Below are positions 26,180 to 35,339 of a DNA stretch of 44,478 bases, piece by piece; the first letter of the stretch is position 1, and every line of letters begins with the position of its first letter. The notes beneath the pieces were generated by a model. That model saw only the letters and a list, made by a program, of their open reading frames with translations. It was not told the origin of the DNA and searched no databases. The stretch comes from Methanothrix sp. (GTDB taxonomy: Archaea > Halobacteriota > Methanosarcinia > Methanotrichales > Methanotrichaceae): positions 1-44,478 of the forward strand of contig JBAXWY010000021.1 in the NCBI GenBank assembly GCA_037128175.1. Direction: 5' to 3'. The position numbers and the translations under genes are program-made.

Positions 26180-27361
26180 GTGCCGGCCCTGCCCAACATC
26201 ATTCCCGACTTTGAGCTATCTGTAGTCATGCGGCATATCGCCCACAAAAAGAGAGGCACTTTCCTCTCTGTAGCGGCTATTGCAATAGCTGTGGCCATAT
26301 CTCTCATATCCGTCTCCATGCAGGATGGATTTCAGGGCATGCTTTTTGATATAATCGTTGAAGATCTTCCTCACATCACAGTCACACCCCGGGAAGGTGA
26401 TGACTACATTTACCTTTACAAGAGCCTCATGGACAGGATATGGGCCATTCCCGGTGTGATTGCAGTTTCGCCCAGCCTTGGCATGGAGGTGACATTCACC
26501 TACAAGGACAACGTGGAAAGCGTAGCCCTGTCGGGCGCAAATCCGGTCGATGTAGACAAAATCTACCACATAGGAAAGTATGTCTTCCAGGGAGACCTCT
26601 CTTCTATCCAGGATGGCAAGAAGGTGGTCCTGGGGGAAAAGCTGGCAGATCGGCTGAAGGTCAAGTTGGGACAGACGATCTTTGCCGGCATCCCCGATGA
26701 AGGAGGCAGCAACCTGGTGGTCTCCGGAATCTTCCGACTGCCCACGGGATGGCCCGAGAATATCGCCTTCGTATCCCTCTCCACAGCCAGAGACTTCTCC
26801 GGCAAAGGAGATGTGGTCTCCTCGGTCGATATAAGGCTGGAGGATGTCTATTTGGCGGATGGCGTTGCCGCAAATTTGCAGGGGCAGGGATACAAGGCGG
26901 AAAGCTGGCAGACGCTTTACCCCGAGATCTTGAAGACGCTGGCCATAGAACAGTTTCAGAATCGACTGATTATGTTATTGATAATGATAATAGCCGCCTT
27001 TGGAATTGGCAGCGTAATGTACATGCTGGTTAATGAGAAGACCAGCGAGATTGGCATGTTCATGGCCATGGGAGCCTGCGGCAAGAACATTAGAAATATC
27101 TTCCTCATGGAGAGCCTAGTATTGGGTTTGATGGGCGGCTTGCTGGGTGGCGTCCTGGGGCTTGTCGTTGCCCTTTATCTAAAGAGCCTGGAGATCAAAA
27201 TGGAAGCGCCCGGTGGTCAGGAGATCACTCTGCCCGTGGTGATCAATGCGGGCAGCTTCCTAACAATAGTACTGGTGGCAGCAGGGCTCAGCGTGATTGC
27301 CGGCATGTATCCAGCCTGGAAGGCGTCCCGGCTTGATCCCGCTCTGGCCATCAACGGTTGA
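26180..27361 (+). CDS. FtsX/LolE-family ABC transporter permease
   Basis: TM1, large extracytoplasmic domain (PHITV, VVLGEKLADRL), EKTSEIG..AMGA, YPAWKASRLDP. Start uncertain. Confidence 0.9.
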   Translation: MPALPNIIPDFELSVVMRHIAHKKRGTFLSVAAIAIAVAISLISVSMQDGFQGMLFDIIVEDLPHITVTPREGDDYIYLYKSLMDRIWAIPGVIAVSPSLGMEVTFTYKDNVESVALSGANPVDVDKIYHIGKYVFQGDLSSIQDGKKVVLGEKLADRLKVKLGQTIFAGIPDEGGSNLVVSGIFRLPTGWPENIAFVSLSTARDFSGKGDVVSSVDIRLEDVYLADGVAANLQGQGYKAESWQTLYPEILKTLAIEQFQNRLIMLLIMIIAAFGIGSVMYMLVNEKTSEIGMFMAMGACGKNIRNIFLMESLVLGLMGGLLGGVLGLVVALYLKSLEIKMEAPGGQEITLPVVINAGSFLTIVLVAAGLSVIAGMYPAWKASRLDPALAING

Positions 27362-27409
27362 GCGAAGTGAAATGAAGATGTGCAATGAGGATTTAGCAAG
27401 GAAGGCAAA

Positions 27410-28570
27410 ATGTACGAGTTCACCGTAGCCAAAAGTCACATCCTCAGAAATCCCAAGTTGGCATTCTTCACAATCGCCGCAGTGACGCTGGCCGTTGCAG
27501 TAATTGTTGTATTCATGGGCCTTTTGGGCGGCTTTGAGGAGGAGATCATCACTACAACTGTTGAGAACAATCCTCACATTTACGTCCAGCCCAAGTCGGA
27601 CGAGAAGTACATCTATCTCTACAGGACGGTCTCCGCCCATTTGTGGGATTACCCGGGAGTGGAAGCGGTCTCAGCAAGGTTGATGGGAAAGGCTGCCGCC
27701 AGGTACAAGGATAAAGTAAGAGGTGTAGAATTCCTGGGCGTCGATCCGGCGGATGAGGACCGGCTGATGAAGGTTGCAAAGGATATTGTCATAGGCAACT
27801 TTCAGGATCTACAGAGCAGAAAGTTTTCCGCGTTCATGGGAACCAAGCTGGCCGAGGAGCTGAAGCTACAGCCTGAAGACGATTTTATTCTGGCCAGAGG
27901 AAACATATCCATGCGGCTGAGAGTTGCCGGTCTCTTTGAGACGGGATCAGCCAAAGACAAGTCTCTGGTCTACATCCCTCTAACGACTGCCCAGGATCTG
28001 GTGGGGAAGGGAGATGTGGTCTCCGAGGTTGACGTTCGAATAAAAGACATCTACCAGGCGCCTTACATCGTCTCAAACCTCAACTCAATATTTCGCTACC
28101 AATCCAAATCCTGGCAGGATATGAATGCCGACATCCTCAAGCTGATTCAGACTCAGTCCATCTTCTCCTGGATATTCTATCTACTCATATTCGTCATTGC
28201 CGGCTTTGGCATAGCCAACACCATGATAATGATAATAAGCAGGAGGACAAAGGAGATCGGCATTCTTATGGCTATGGGAGCCACCCGCCGATCGATTCTC
28301 AAGATATTCATGCTGGAGAGCCTGATCCTGGCCCCGCCCTCAGCCCTGCTGGGAAGCCTTTTGGCTTTTCTGACAGACCAGCTCATAATGTCCTACGATA
28401 TCCAGCTTCCCTCCGAGATCTACATGGTATCCAGGATGAACATCACCATGAAGCCGGAGTTCTTCATTTATGCCATTGTCTTCGCCCTGGCTGTGAACTT
28501 TGTGGCCGGTCTGTATCCTGCCTGGAAGGCCTCCCGCATGGACCCGGTGGAGGCTATAGGGAGTATATGA
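27410..28570 (+). CDS. FtsX/LolE-family ABC transporter permease (paralog)
   Basis: RRTKEIGILMAMGA, YPAWKASRMDPVEAI. Confidence 0.92.
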   Translation: MYEFTVAKSHILRNPKLAFFTIAAVTLAVAVIVVFMGLLGGFEEEIITTTVENNPHIYVQPKSDEKYIYLYRTVSAHLWDYPGVEAVSARLMGKAAARYKDKVRGVEFLGVDPADEDRLMKVAKDIVIGNFQDLQSRKFSAFMGTKLAEELKLQPEDDFILARGNISMRLRVAGLFETGSAKDKSLVYIPLTTAQDLVGKGDVVSEVDVRIKDIYQAPYIVSNLNSIFRYQSKSWQDMNADILKLIQTQSIFSWIFYLLIFVIAGFGIANTMIMIISRRTKEIGILMAMGATRRSILKIFMLESLILAPPSALLGSLLAFLTDQLIMSYDIQLPSEIYMVSRMNITMKPEFFIYAIVFALAVNFVAGLYPAWKASRMDPVEAIGSI

Positions 28571-28571
28571 A

Positions 28572-29159
28572 TTAGTTATCAGAACCCGGTTTTTTCCCCG
28601 ACAGTCTTTTCCCGATAATGCTTCGAAGCGGCTGGATCTGGCCGCGCTTGGCGCTCATGGGTGCGACCTTATCCGTCCACTGCGTCCAGGGAGGCATCAT
28701 GCCCAGCCGCTCGCAAATAAGATCCAGTGCTCCATCCACGTCCACCTTGGCTATGCGATCCATCTTGTTTGCCGCCAGAACCACATCGAGCCCCATATCG
28801 ACTAAGAACTCCCAAAGCTCGATCTCAAAAGGCACCTCGCCCCGCCCTTCCCAGCGATCGGCGATATCCAGGAAGGAGGCGGCATCGATTACCTGTATGG
28901 CCATGATGATCTCCTCTGCATTCTGCTCGAAATACTGCACAATTAAGTCCTTGGTCTTTTCCTGATCGGCCTCTGAAGCTTTGAGCATGAAGCCGTATCC
29001 AGGCATATCCACATAAAAGATGTCACCAACCTTTGCCTTGAAGGGGTACCTAGTGATTCCGGGACGTTTTCCTACTCTGACCTTAGTTCCTGTAAGCTCC
29101 CAAAAGAGAGTGGATTTGCCGACATTTGACCTGCCGATGAGGACGATCTCCCTGGACAT
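28572..29159 (-). CDS. engB: GTP-binding protein EngB/YihA
   Basis: GRSNVGKS (G1), PGIT (G2), DMPGYG (G3), NKMD (G4), SAK (G5). Confidence 0.93.
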   Translation of the reverse strand: MSREIVLIGRSNVGKSTLFWELTGTKVRVGKRPGITRYPFKAKVGDIFYVDMPGYGFMLKASEADQEKTKDLIVQYFEQNAEEIIMAIQVIDAASFLDIADRWEGRGEVPFEIELWEFLVDMGLDVVLAANKMDRIAKVDVDGALDLICERLGMMPPWTQWTDKVAPMSAKRGQIQPLRSIIGKRLSGKKPGSDN

Positions 29160-29191
29160 AATTATCATAGGGAAGGGCAAGATTGAAAAGG

Positions 29192-29824
29192 ATGCCTATG
29201 CAAAGAAACCTGGCTGAAATGATAGAAAAAACAGGATTGACGAAATTGGAGAGAGATCCGAAAAATGTAGCTTTGCAGCTCCTCTCAGCTACATCCCTGT
29301 CGGACGGGCGGGTCTTCAGGGACCTGGACGCTCCCCGCTACACCACAGTCGATTACTATCGCATGGCATGCCACATGATCTTTATGTGCCAGAGGTGCGG
29401 AAATTGTTGCACAACGGGCGACCCAATAAGGCTGCGGCCGGAGGATGTGGCTGCCATAGCAAGGAGCCTTAAGATCCCTATCAACAAGGCTCTTAAGAAG
29501 TATACTATCCAGGATCCGGAAAAAGCGGGAGTACTGGACTTCAAGCATATCCTGCCCTGCAAATTTTACGATTTATCAGCCAAGGGCTGCAAGATTTACG
29601 ACATCCGGCCCTGGTCCTGCCGCATCTTTCCCTTCCTGGGAATTTATGGATCTGAGGATCGAGTCTTGGTAAACGAATTATGTCCCGGATCGGTCGAGAC
29701 CATGAATATCCTGAAAGAGGCAATAAAAATCGTCAGGGCAGATACGAATATGTCTAATGCTGCCGATCCTGCAAAAGTAAGAAGTGCAAAAGTATTTTTA
29801 AGGGAAGCGTTGAATTCGATTTAA
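29192..29824 (+). CDS. YkgJ/CxxCxxCC family Fe-S or Zn cluster protein
   Basis: CQRCGNCC, PCKFY...GCKIYDIRPWSCRIFPF, CPG. Confidence 0.88.
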   Translation: MPMQRNLAEMIEKTGLTKLERDPKNVALQLLSATSLSDGRVFRDLDAPRYTTVDYYRMACHMIFMCQRCGNCCTTGDPIRLRPEDVAAIARSLKIPINKALKKYTIQDPEKAGVLDFKHILPCKFYDLSAKGCKIYDIRPWSCRIFPFLGIYGSEDRVLVNELCPGSVETMNILKEAIKIVRADTNMSNAADPAKVRSAKVFLREALNSI

Positions 29825-29834
29825 TAATCTACCC

Positions 29835-29861
29835 ATCGTCTTATGGCGATATGTTTATATT
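29835..29861 (+). promoter_or_regulatory. Putative ArsR operator and TATA box
   Basis: Imperfect inverted repeat ATCGTC-TTAT-GGCGAT immediately before TTTATATT, which ends 26 nt upstream of the arsR ATG. Confidence 0.5.
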
Positions 29862-29887
29862 CGAATACTCTTTAAACAGGTTCTATC

Positions 29888-30232
29888 ATGGCACAGAAAT
29901 CCGTCTCAAACTTGCGCGTTAAGATTCTCAGCGCTTTATCCGATCCCACCCGGCTGCAGCTGCTGGAATATTTATCGAGAGGCGAGCGCTGCGTCTGCGA
30001 GATTCACCCCGCTTTTCAGAGATCCCAATCCACCATATCCAAGCATCTGAATATCCTCTACGAAGCGGATATCCTGGAGCGCAAGGTAGACGGCAAAAGG
30101 ACAGTCTACTGCATAAAAGACCCGCAGGTATTCGAAATAATTCGCATGGTAGATTCCCTGGCCCTAACGCAGATATCACAGCTTGCAGAGGCCGGAAGAA
30201 TTCTAGAGAAATCATTGAACAACAGGAGCTGA
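29888..30232 (+). CDS. arsR: ArsR/SmtB metalloregulator
   Basis: ALSDPTRLQLL, ERCVCEI, QSTISKHL. Confidence 0.92.
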   Translation: MAQKSVSNLRVKILSALSDPTRLQLLEYLSRGERCVCEIHPAFQRSQSTISKHLNILYEADILERKVDGKRTVYCIKDPQVFEIIRMVDSLALTQISQLAEAGRILEKSLNNRS

Positions 30233-30254
30233 TTTTACGGTTACATACACCATC

Positions 30255-31325
30255 ATGGCGGCCTTTCAAGCAGGACTGCAAACATTGCTGGAATACTTAT
30301 CGGCGCACGTTTTGACCTGTCTGATACCCGCATTTTTCATAGCAGGTGCCATAGCAGCACTCCTCAAGACGGAAATGGTGCTGAAGTACTTTGGAAAAGA
30401 TGCTCCAAAGTGGTTATGCTACAGCGTAGCAGCTACATCCGGAACAATACTGGCGGTCTGTAGCTGCACCATACTGCCCATGTTCGCAGGAATAGAAAAG
30501 AAGGGTGCAGGGATAGGTCCAGCAACCGCTTTCCTTTTCTCAGGACCTGCCATAAATCTCCTGGCCATAGTCCTCACTGCCAGAGTTCTTGGATTGGATC
30601 TAGGAATTGCCAGGGCAGTTGCAGCAGTATCTATGGCGGTTATCATCGGCCTGATCATGGCTGCCATATTCGAGAGAAGCTCTAAGAAATGCGAGATTCC
30701 ATCAAACAATGCACCAATTCAAGCTGCACAAGCGACTACCGAGCCCCAAGTTGGCCAAACAGAGCGCATATCTGTATTATTCATTGCGCTCCTGATTGGT
30801 GTGTTGCTATCTGCCACCTCGAAATTCGAATTCTCGATTAAATGGACGACCGTAGCAGCATTCATAGTGGCTGCTGCTTATGTCCTGACAAGATATTTCT
30901 CCTCCGAAGAGAAGAGCGCCTTCTTTGGAGAGACCTGGTCTCTGACCAAGAAGATCTTTCCCCTACTGGTGATTGGAACCTTCATAACGGGTATTATTGG
31001 TTACTTTATGCCCACCGAGCTGCTTCGGACCCTATTAGGCTCGAACAGCTTCCTGTCGTGCTTTATTGCTTCTATCGTGGGCGCTTTGCTCTATATGCCG
31101 ACCCTGCTGGAGGTACCAATCGTAGGGACGCTGTTCGGTTACAGCACAGGAATAACTGCTGCAGGTCCGGCGCTTTCTCTGCTCCTGGCCGGGCCATCGC
31201 TGAGCCTGCCAAGCATGATAGTAATCACGAGAATCATAGGCCTAAAGAAGGGGGGTGTTTATATCGGCCTGGTGGTGATAGTCTCCACTCTCGTGGGTAT
31301 GCTCTACGGAGCGATTGTCCAATAA
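30255..31325 (+). CDS. arsP: ArsP/DUF318 family permease
   Basis: LAVCSCTILPMF, FLFSGPAIN, MPTLLEVPI, LLLAGPSLSLPSM. Confidence 0.88.
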   Translation: MAAFQAGLQTLLEYLSAHVLTCLIPAFFIAGAIAALLKTEMVLKYFGKDAPKWLCYSVAATSGTILAVCSCTILPMFAGIEKKGAGIGPATAFLFSGPAINLLAIVLTARVLGLDLGIARAVAAVSMAVIIGLIMAAIFERSSKKCEIPSNNAPIQAAQATTEPQVGQTERISVLFIALLIGVLLSATSKFEFSIKWTTVAAFIVAAAYVLTRYFSSEEKSAFFGETWSLTKKIFPLLVIGTFITGIIGYFMPTELLRTLLGSNSFLSCFIASIVGALLYMPTLLEVPIVGTLFGYSTGITAAGPALSLLLAGPSLSLPSMIVITRIIGLKKGGVYIGLVVIVSTLVGMLYGAIVQ

Positions 31326-31344
31326 TTTTGCAGCTCCAATTACT

Positions 31345-32196
31345 ATGATACATCCATCCGGGAAGACTGGAACGAAGGCCGCCAAATATTGTATCACAGC
31401 AATCTTGCTGATAGTAGCCTTAGTCATGGCTTCATCGCCTGCCTTCGCCAGTGATAGCTCTCAGATCATCATAATTACCTCTCCTGGATGTGCTTCTGAA
31501 AATGCTCTCAAAGATCTTACCATATCGTCCATGGCTACCGTCTTTGCAGCTGGCCTTTTAGCGGGCTTCAACCCCTGTCTTCTGGCCATGCTGGCATTTC
31601 TGGCAAGCTCAATGCTGGCAAGTACGGGCCAGAGAAGAGATATCCTGATTATGGTGGCCTTCTTTTCCCTGGGTACATTCGTGGTCTACATTATTTTTGG
31701 AGTGGGCCTATTTAGCGTTCTGCAGGAAAAGTCCACTGCCGCTATGTTTCGCTTTGTCCTGGCAATTGTCCTATTATCTTTGGGAGTAATGCAGTTGGAG
31801 GACGCGAGGAGGCTGCAACGTGGAGGCACGTCCCTCTTCCGCACGGATTGGACTAAGAAATATGTCAATAGTGTCATTGCCAGCCGGAGGATCAGCTCCT
31901 ATTTCCTCTTAGGAGCGCTCTTCTCGCTGGTAAGGGCCCCCTGTGTGGGAGGGGTCTACATAGCTATCATCGGCATAATCTCCAGCCAAGGATTTGCCTC
32001 GTCAGGGCCAATTTATCTGATGATTTATAACCTGGGAATAGCACTTCCAGTGCTGCTTCTGGGTGGAATCATCGCATTAGGTATGAGTCCAGAGCAAGTG
32101 GATAATTTCCGGAACAAACACAGAGTTGCCATCCGGTTGATAACGGGAATCACGCTATTATCTCTGGCTCCGCTCATCTACTGGCAACTGATTTAG
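31345..32196 (+). CDS. CcdA/DsbD-type transmembrane electron transporter with truncated N-terminal thioredoxin-like domain
   Basis: GFNPCLL and RAPCVGG redox Cys motifs in TM helices; signal peptide followed by only IIIITSPGCA. Confidence 0.82.
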   Translation: MIHPSGKTGTKAAKYCITAILLIVALVMASSPAFASDSSQIIIITSPGCASENALKDLTISSMATVFAAGLLAGFNPCLLAMLAFLASSMLASTGQRRDILIMVAFFSLGTFVVYIIFGVGLFSVLQEKSTAAMFRFVLAIVLLSLGVMQLEDARRLQRGGTSLFRTDWTKKYVNSVIASRRISSYFLLGALFSLVRAPCVGGVYIAIIGIISSQGFASSGPIYLMIYNLGIALPVLLLGGIIALGMSPEQVDNFRNKHRVAIRLITGITLLSLAPLIYWQLI

Positions 32197-32247
32197 GCTA
32201 AATAGAAGATTGAGAAGAAGGCAAATTAAACACTAGTGGTGAATGAA

Positions 32248-32484
32248 ATGGTGAAGATAGAAGTCTTAGGAACAGGCTGTGCCAAGTGCAAGAGCTTGAC
32301 AAAGAACGTAGAGAAAGCAGTCCAGGAACTGGGCATTCAGGCCGAGATCATGAAAGTAGACAGCATCCAGGAGATCATGGAACGGGGAGTGATGATGACC
32401 CCCGCCCTGTACATAGATGGGAAGTCCGTTATGATGGGCAAGACGGCTACCGTGGAAGAGATCAAGAGAATGCTCAAGAAATAA
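32248..32484 (+). CDS. Small redox-active disulfide protein (MTH895-type thioredoxin)
   Basis: IEVLGTGCAKC, GVMMTPALYIDG. Confidence 0.92.
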   Translation: MVKIEVLGTGCAKCKSLTKNVEKAVQELGIQAEIMKVDSIQEIMERGVMMTPALYIDGKSVMMGKTATVEEIKRMLKK

Positions 32485-32495
32485 GAAGGCCATTC

Positions 32496-32936
32496 ATGGA
32501 AGAGAAGAAGAAGTGTATGTGCGGCTGCTCGGATGTGCGCGTTGTGGCCTGCTCCGGAGCCTCAAATGTGGGACAGATCGCAAACCAGGCGGCAATTGAA
32601 CTGGCCAAAGAGAAGGTGGCCGGATTCTTCTGTCTGGCAGGTGTGGGCGGTCATATCAAAGGAATGGTTAAATCGGCAAAGGAGGCAGGCTTAATGGTGG
32701 CCATAGACGGCTGTCCGGTACAGTGTGCCGCCAAAACTTTGCAGCATGCCGAAATTGAGCCGGCCATACAGATAATTGTGACGGAACTTGGAATTGAAAA
32801 ATCCCATGAGATCACATTCGATAAAAAGGATTGCCTTATAGTCGTAGAAAAGGTCAAAGAAGAGCTGGGCTGCAAGCCGCCTGAACCGAATTCATGCTTG
32901 AATCGTGGAGCTAAGGTTTATGATTACACTGAGTAG
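32496..32936 (+). CDS. DGC-domain putative zinc-binding protein
   Basis: ACSGASNVGQIAN, CLAGVG, AIDGCPVQCA. Start re-assigned to MEEKKKCMCGC. Confidence 0.9.
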   Translation: MEEKKKCMCGCSDVRVVACSGASNVGQIANQAAIELAKEKVAGFFCLAGVGGHIKGMVKSAKEAGLMVAIDGCPVQCAAKTLQHAEIEPAIQIIVTELGIEKSHEITFDKKDCLIVVEKVKEELGCKPPEPNSCLNRGAKVYDYTE

Positions 32937-34281
32937 GCCGTCAAATAATTCAGATCCCATTAAAGGAGAACGCAACGGATTCTCCGTAGCGAAGACGATG
33001 ATCATTTACGTGATCATTTCCATCCTTTTGTATGGACTGGTCTTGACTTCGCCCGTCCTGGCGGGCACGGAAACGGGCAGGTTTGCGAAGGTGCTTGTCT
33101 CCCCCGAGAATGTCTCCACAAAAGACATTGTGCTCGACATCAGCCCCAGCGCGACCAAGTACATGGAAGGTGCCGTCAATATCAACTACGAGGGCTTCTT
33201 AGGTGAAGGTGGTCAGCTCAAGCCCGTGTCGGATATGGCAAAGCTGCTGGGAGATGCGGGCATTTCCCAAAATGACTCCCTGGTGATAGCAGGCGAGTGT
33301 CTTCCCTGCGGTGGCGGGCCATCCCCGGCAATCTTCACCTACTGGCTGCTCAAGTACATGGGACACGAAAAAGTTAGAATCCTGGATGGCAACATGGATG
33401 ACTGGGCAGCAGCCGGGCGAAATATCAGCAATAAGTCGGCCACAAGACAAAAGACTGAATATGTTCCCCAGATTAAGCCTGAACTTCTCGCCACCTATGA
33501 ATTCGTCATTAACGGCGGGGCTCAGATCGTAGATGCCAGGCCGGCCAGGGACTACGGCATGGGCTCGATTCCCGGAGCCGTAAACATTCCTTACGAGGAT
33601 GTGCTGGAAAATGAGAGCATAAAGCCAGAGAAGGATCTGCAAAAGGTCTTGGCCGGGCTGGATATGGATCGGCCCGTGGTGGTCTATACCAATGTGGGCG
33701 TCGAAGCCTCACTGGTCTGGTTCGCGCTGACCCTTTCCGGTTACGATGCTAGGCTCTATTCCTGGCGTGACTGGCTGGAAAATCAGCCCAAATTCAACTT
33801 CGAGCTGGCTGATGTAGAGGCAAAACCCAACCCCGTGAGGTCTGGCTCGACTACGACCATAACGGCATCCTTCCAGGTGAAACCGATGGCTACTGCGGGC
33901 AAATCCTCAGGCGGTGAGGCCAAGCTCACAATCAAGGGATGCGCCACCTGCGGATTTGAGGGGTTCGCTCTGGGCACATCTGGTGCTTCTGGTGCCTCTG
34001 GAAACAAATCTGGGACGATTCAACTAAGCTCCTCCGGAAAGACATCGCAGTCAAGCACCGCAGCGCAGACTGCGGATAGTGCCCTGCGCTGCACCGCCAT
34101 TGTAAACGGCCCAGATGGCTCTGAGGTAGCAAGTACAAGCCTACTACGCACCTCTGGATACAAATTTGTAGGGATCTGGAATGCCAAGGTCGATCCGGGC
34201 GTGTATAAAGTGAGTATAGTCGCTTCGCAGTCCGGTTCCTCCAAAACCTTTCCGGACGTACTGGAGGTTAAGGTAACGTGA
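32920..34281 (+). CDS. Exported tandem-rhodanese-fold protein with C-terminal beta domain
   Basis: Hydrophobic N-terminal segment, LLGDAGIS, VRILDG..DDW, IVDARP..Y..GSIPGAVNIP. Active-site loop VVVYTNVG lacks Cys. Start uncertain. Confidence 0.85.
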   Translation: MITLSRPSNNSDPIKGERNGFSVAKTMIIYVIISILLYGLVLTSPVLAGTETGRFAKVLVSPENVSTKDIVLDISPSATKYMEGAVNINYEGFLGEGGQLKPVSDMAKLLGDAGISQNDSLVIAGECLPCGGGPSPAIFTYWLLKYMGHEKVRILDGNMDDWAAAGRNISNKSATRQKTEYVPQIKPELLATYEFVINGGAQIVDARPARDYGMGSIPGAVNIPYEDVLENESIKPEKDLQKVLAGLDMDRPVVVYTNVGVEASLVWFALTLSGYDARLYSWRDWLENQPKFNFELADVEAKPNPVRSGSTTTITASFQVKPMATAGKSSGGEAKLTIKGCATCGFEGFALGTSGASGASGNKSGTIQLSSSGKTSQSSTAAQTADSALRCTAIVNGPDGSEVASTSLLRTSGYKFVGIWNAKVDPGVYKVSIVASQSGSSKTFPDVLEVKVT

Positions 34282-34308
34282 GGGATGCGAAATACCAGCC
34301 GAGATGTA

Positions 34309-34333
34309 CCAGGGAGCCGGACCCGGCCCCTGG
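34309..34333. terminator. GC hairpin between convergent genes
   Basis: CCAGGG-A-GCCG-GACC-CGGC-C-CCCTGG. Confidence 0.4.
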
Positions 34334-34335
34334 GA

Positions 34336-34800
34336 TTATCTCCCAAAGGTCTGAGAGATCCAGTCTTTTATCTCGTCTCTGACCTGCCGGAATGCCTCAA
34401 GCTGCTCCTCCTCCGCTCCGCTAGCCGCTGCAGGGTCCGCAAAGCTTTTGTGAATGACCTCTCTTGCTTTGGGATTCTTGCTGGGAAGTTCGAGCTGCGT
34501 GCTGCAGATAGGACAGGCTTGTTTGGCCCGGTCGCAAACTGTGACCGCCAGGTCGAATATCGTATCCTGAAATTCTTCGGAAGATTTGGAGCGCTGCGCG
34601 GAGATATCGATGCCGATTTCCAGCATGGATCGCACAGCGCGAGGATCGACGAAAGTGGCCTCGACTCCGGCGCTGTAAGCTTCATATCGATCACCGTGCA
34701 TGGCCCGCAAGAGGCCCTCGGCCATCTGGGAGCGAGCGGAGTTGTGGGTGCAGAGAAAGAGAACCTTCTTCTTATCCTGACCACTTGCGTCTGCTGTCAT
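34336..34800 (-). CDS. arsC: Thioredoxin-coupled arsenate reductase (LMW-PTP fold)
   Basis: FLCTHNSARSQMAE (C-x5-R), VCDRAKQACP resolving Cys pair, DPA, FRQVRDEI. Confidence 0.92.
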   Translation of the reverse strand: MTADASGQDKKKVLFLCTHNSARSQMAEGLLRAMHGDRYEAYSAGVEATFVDPRAVRSMLEIGIDISAQRSKSSEEFQDTIFDLAVTVCDRAKQACPICSTQLELPSKNPKAREVIHKSFADPAAASGAEEEQLEAFRQVRDEIKDWISQTFGR

Positions 34801-34919
34801 CTTGTGTCTCAATGCTCATCATAATAGATCAGCATTTTGATTGCTCATCTGTATGGGATTTCAGGCAATTTTGAGGAGGCGATAACCTTGAAATGCTTTA
34901 ATATCCTTTTTACAGGGGA

Positions 34920-35213
34920 ATGACCAGGGACGGGCAAGAAGCGAGAGAGATCTTGCAGGAGATTGAGGCGCTCTGCAATATGCACGAGAAGCTAATTCAA
35001 TCCTCTGAGTGCAGGGAGTTTAACCGTCGCACTGCCCTGCTACTGGAGAAGCTGGAAGACAGAGGATTCTCTCGGCTGGCTGACAGAGCCATGGATCTAC
35101 TGGCCTCCTGCAATCCCAAGGACCTCTCCCAGTGCGACAGTGTGCAGCGGGCCAGGGATATACAGGAGAGGCTGAGAGAGCTGGCCAGGGAGAGCTTTGG
35201 CATACACGAGTGA
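34920..35213 (+). CDS. Hypothetical helical protein with 4 Cys
   Basis: 97-aa charged helical ORF containing ASCNPKDLSQC. Confidence 0.65.
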   Translation: MTRDGQEAREILQEIEALCNMHEKLIQSSECREFNRRTALLLEKLEDRGFSRLADRAMDLLASCNPKDLSQCDSVQRARDIQERLRELARESFGIHE

Positions 35214-35339
35214 TTTGCCCGCTGGATGAGGGCCGGGGCTTGGCTGGACCCTGGCTTGAATCTCGCCAAAAAGCTGGCAGATAGATCGTAATTGCGATAA
35301 AGATATATGCAGAAAAGACAATATTACTATCGAGGAGTT

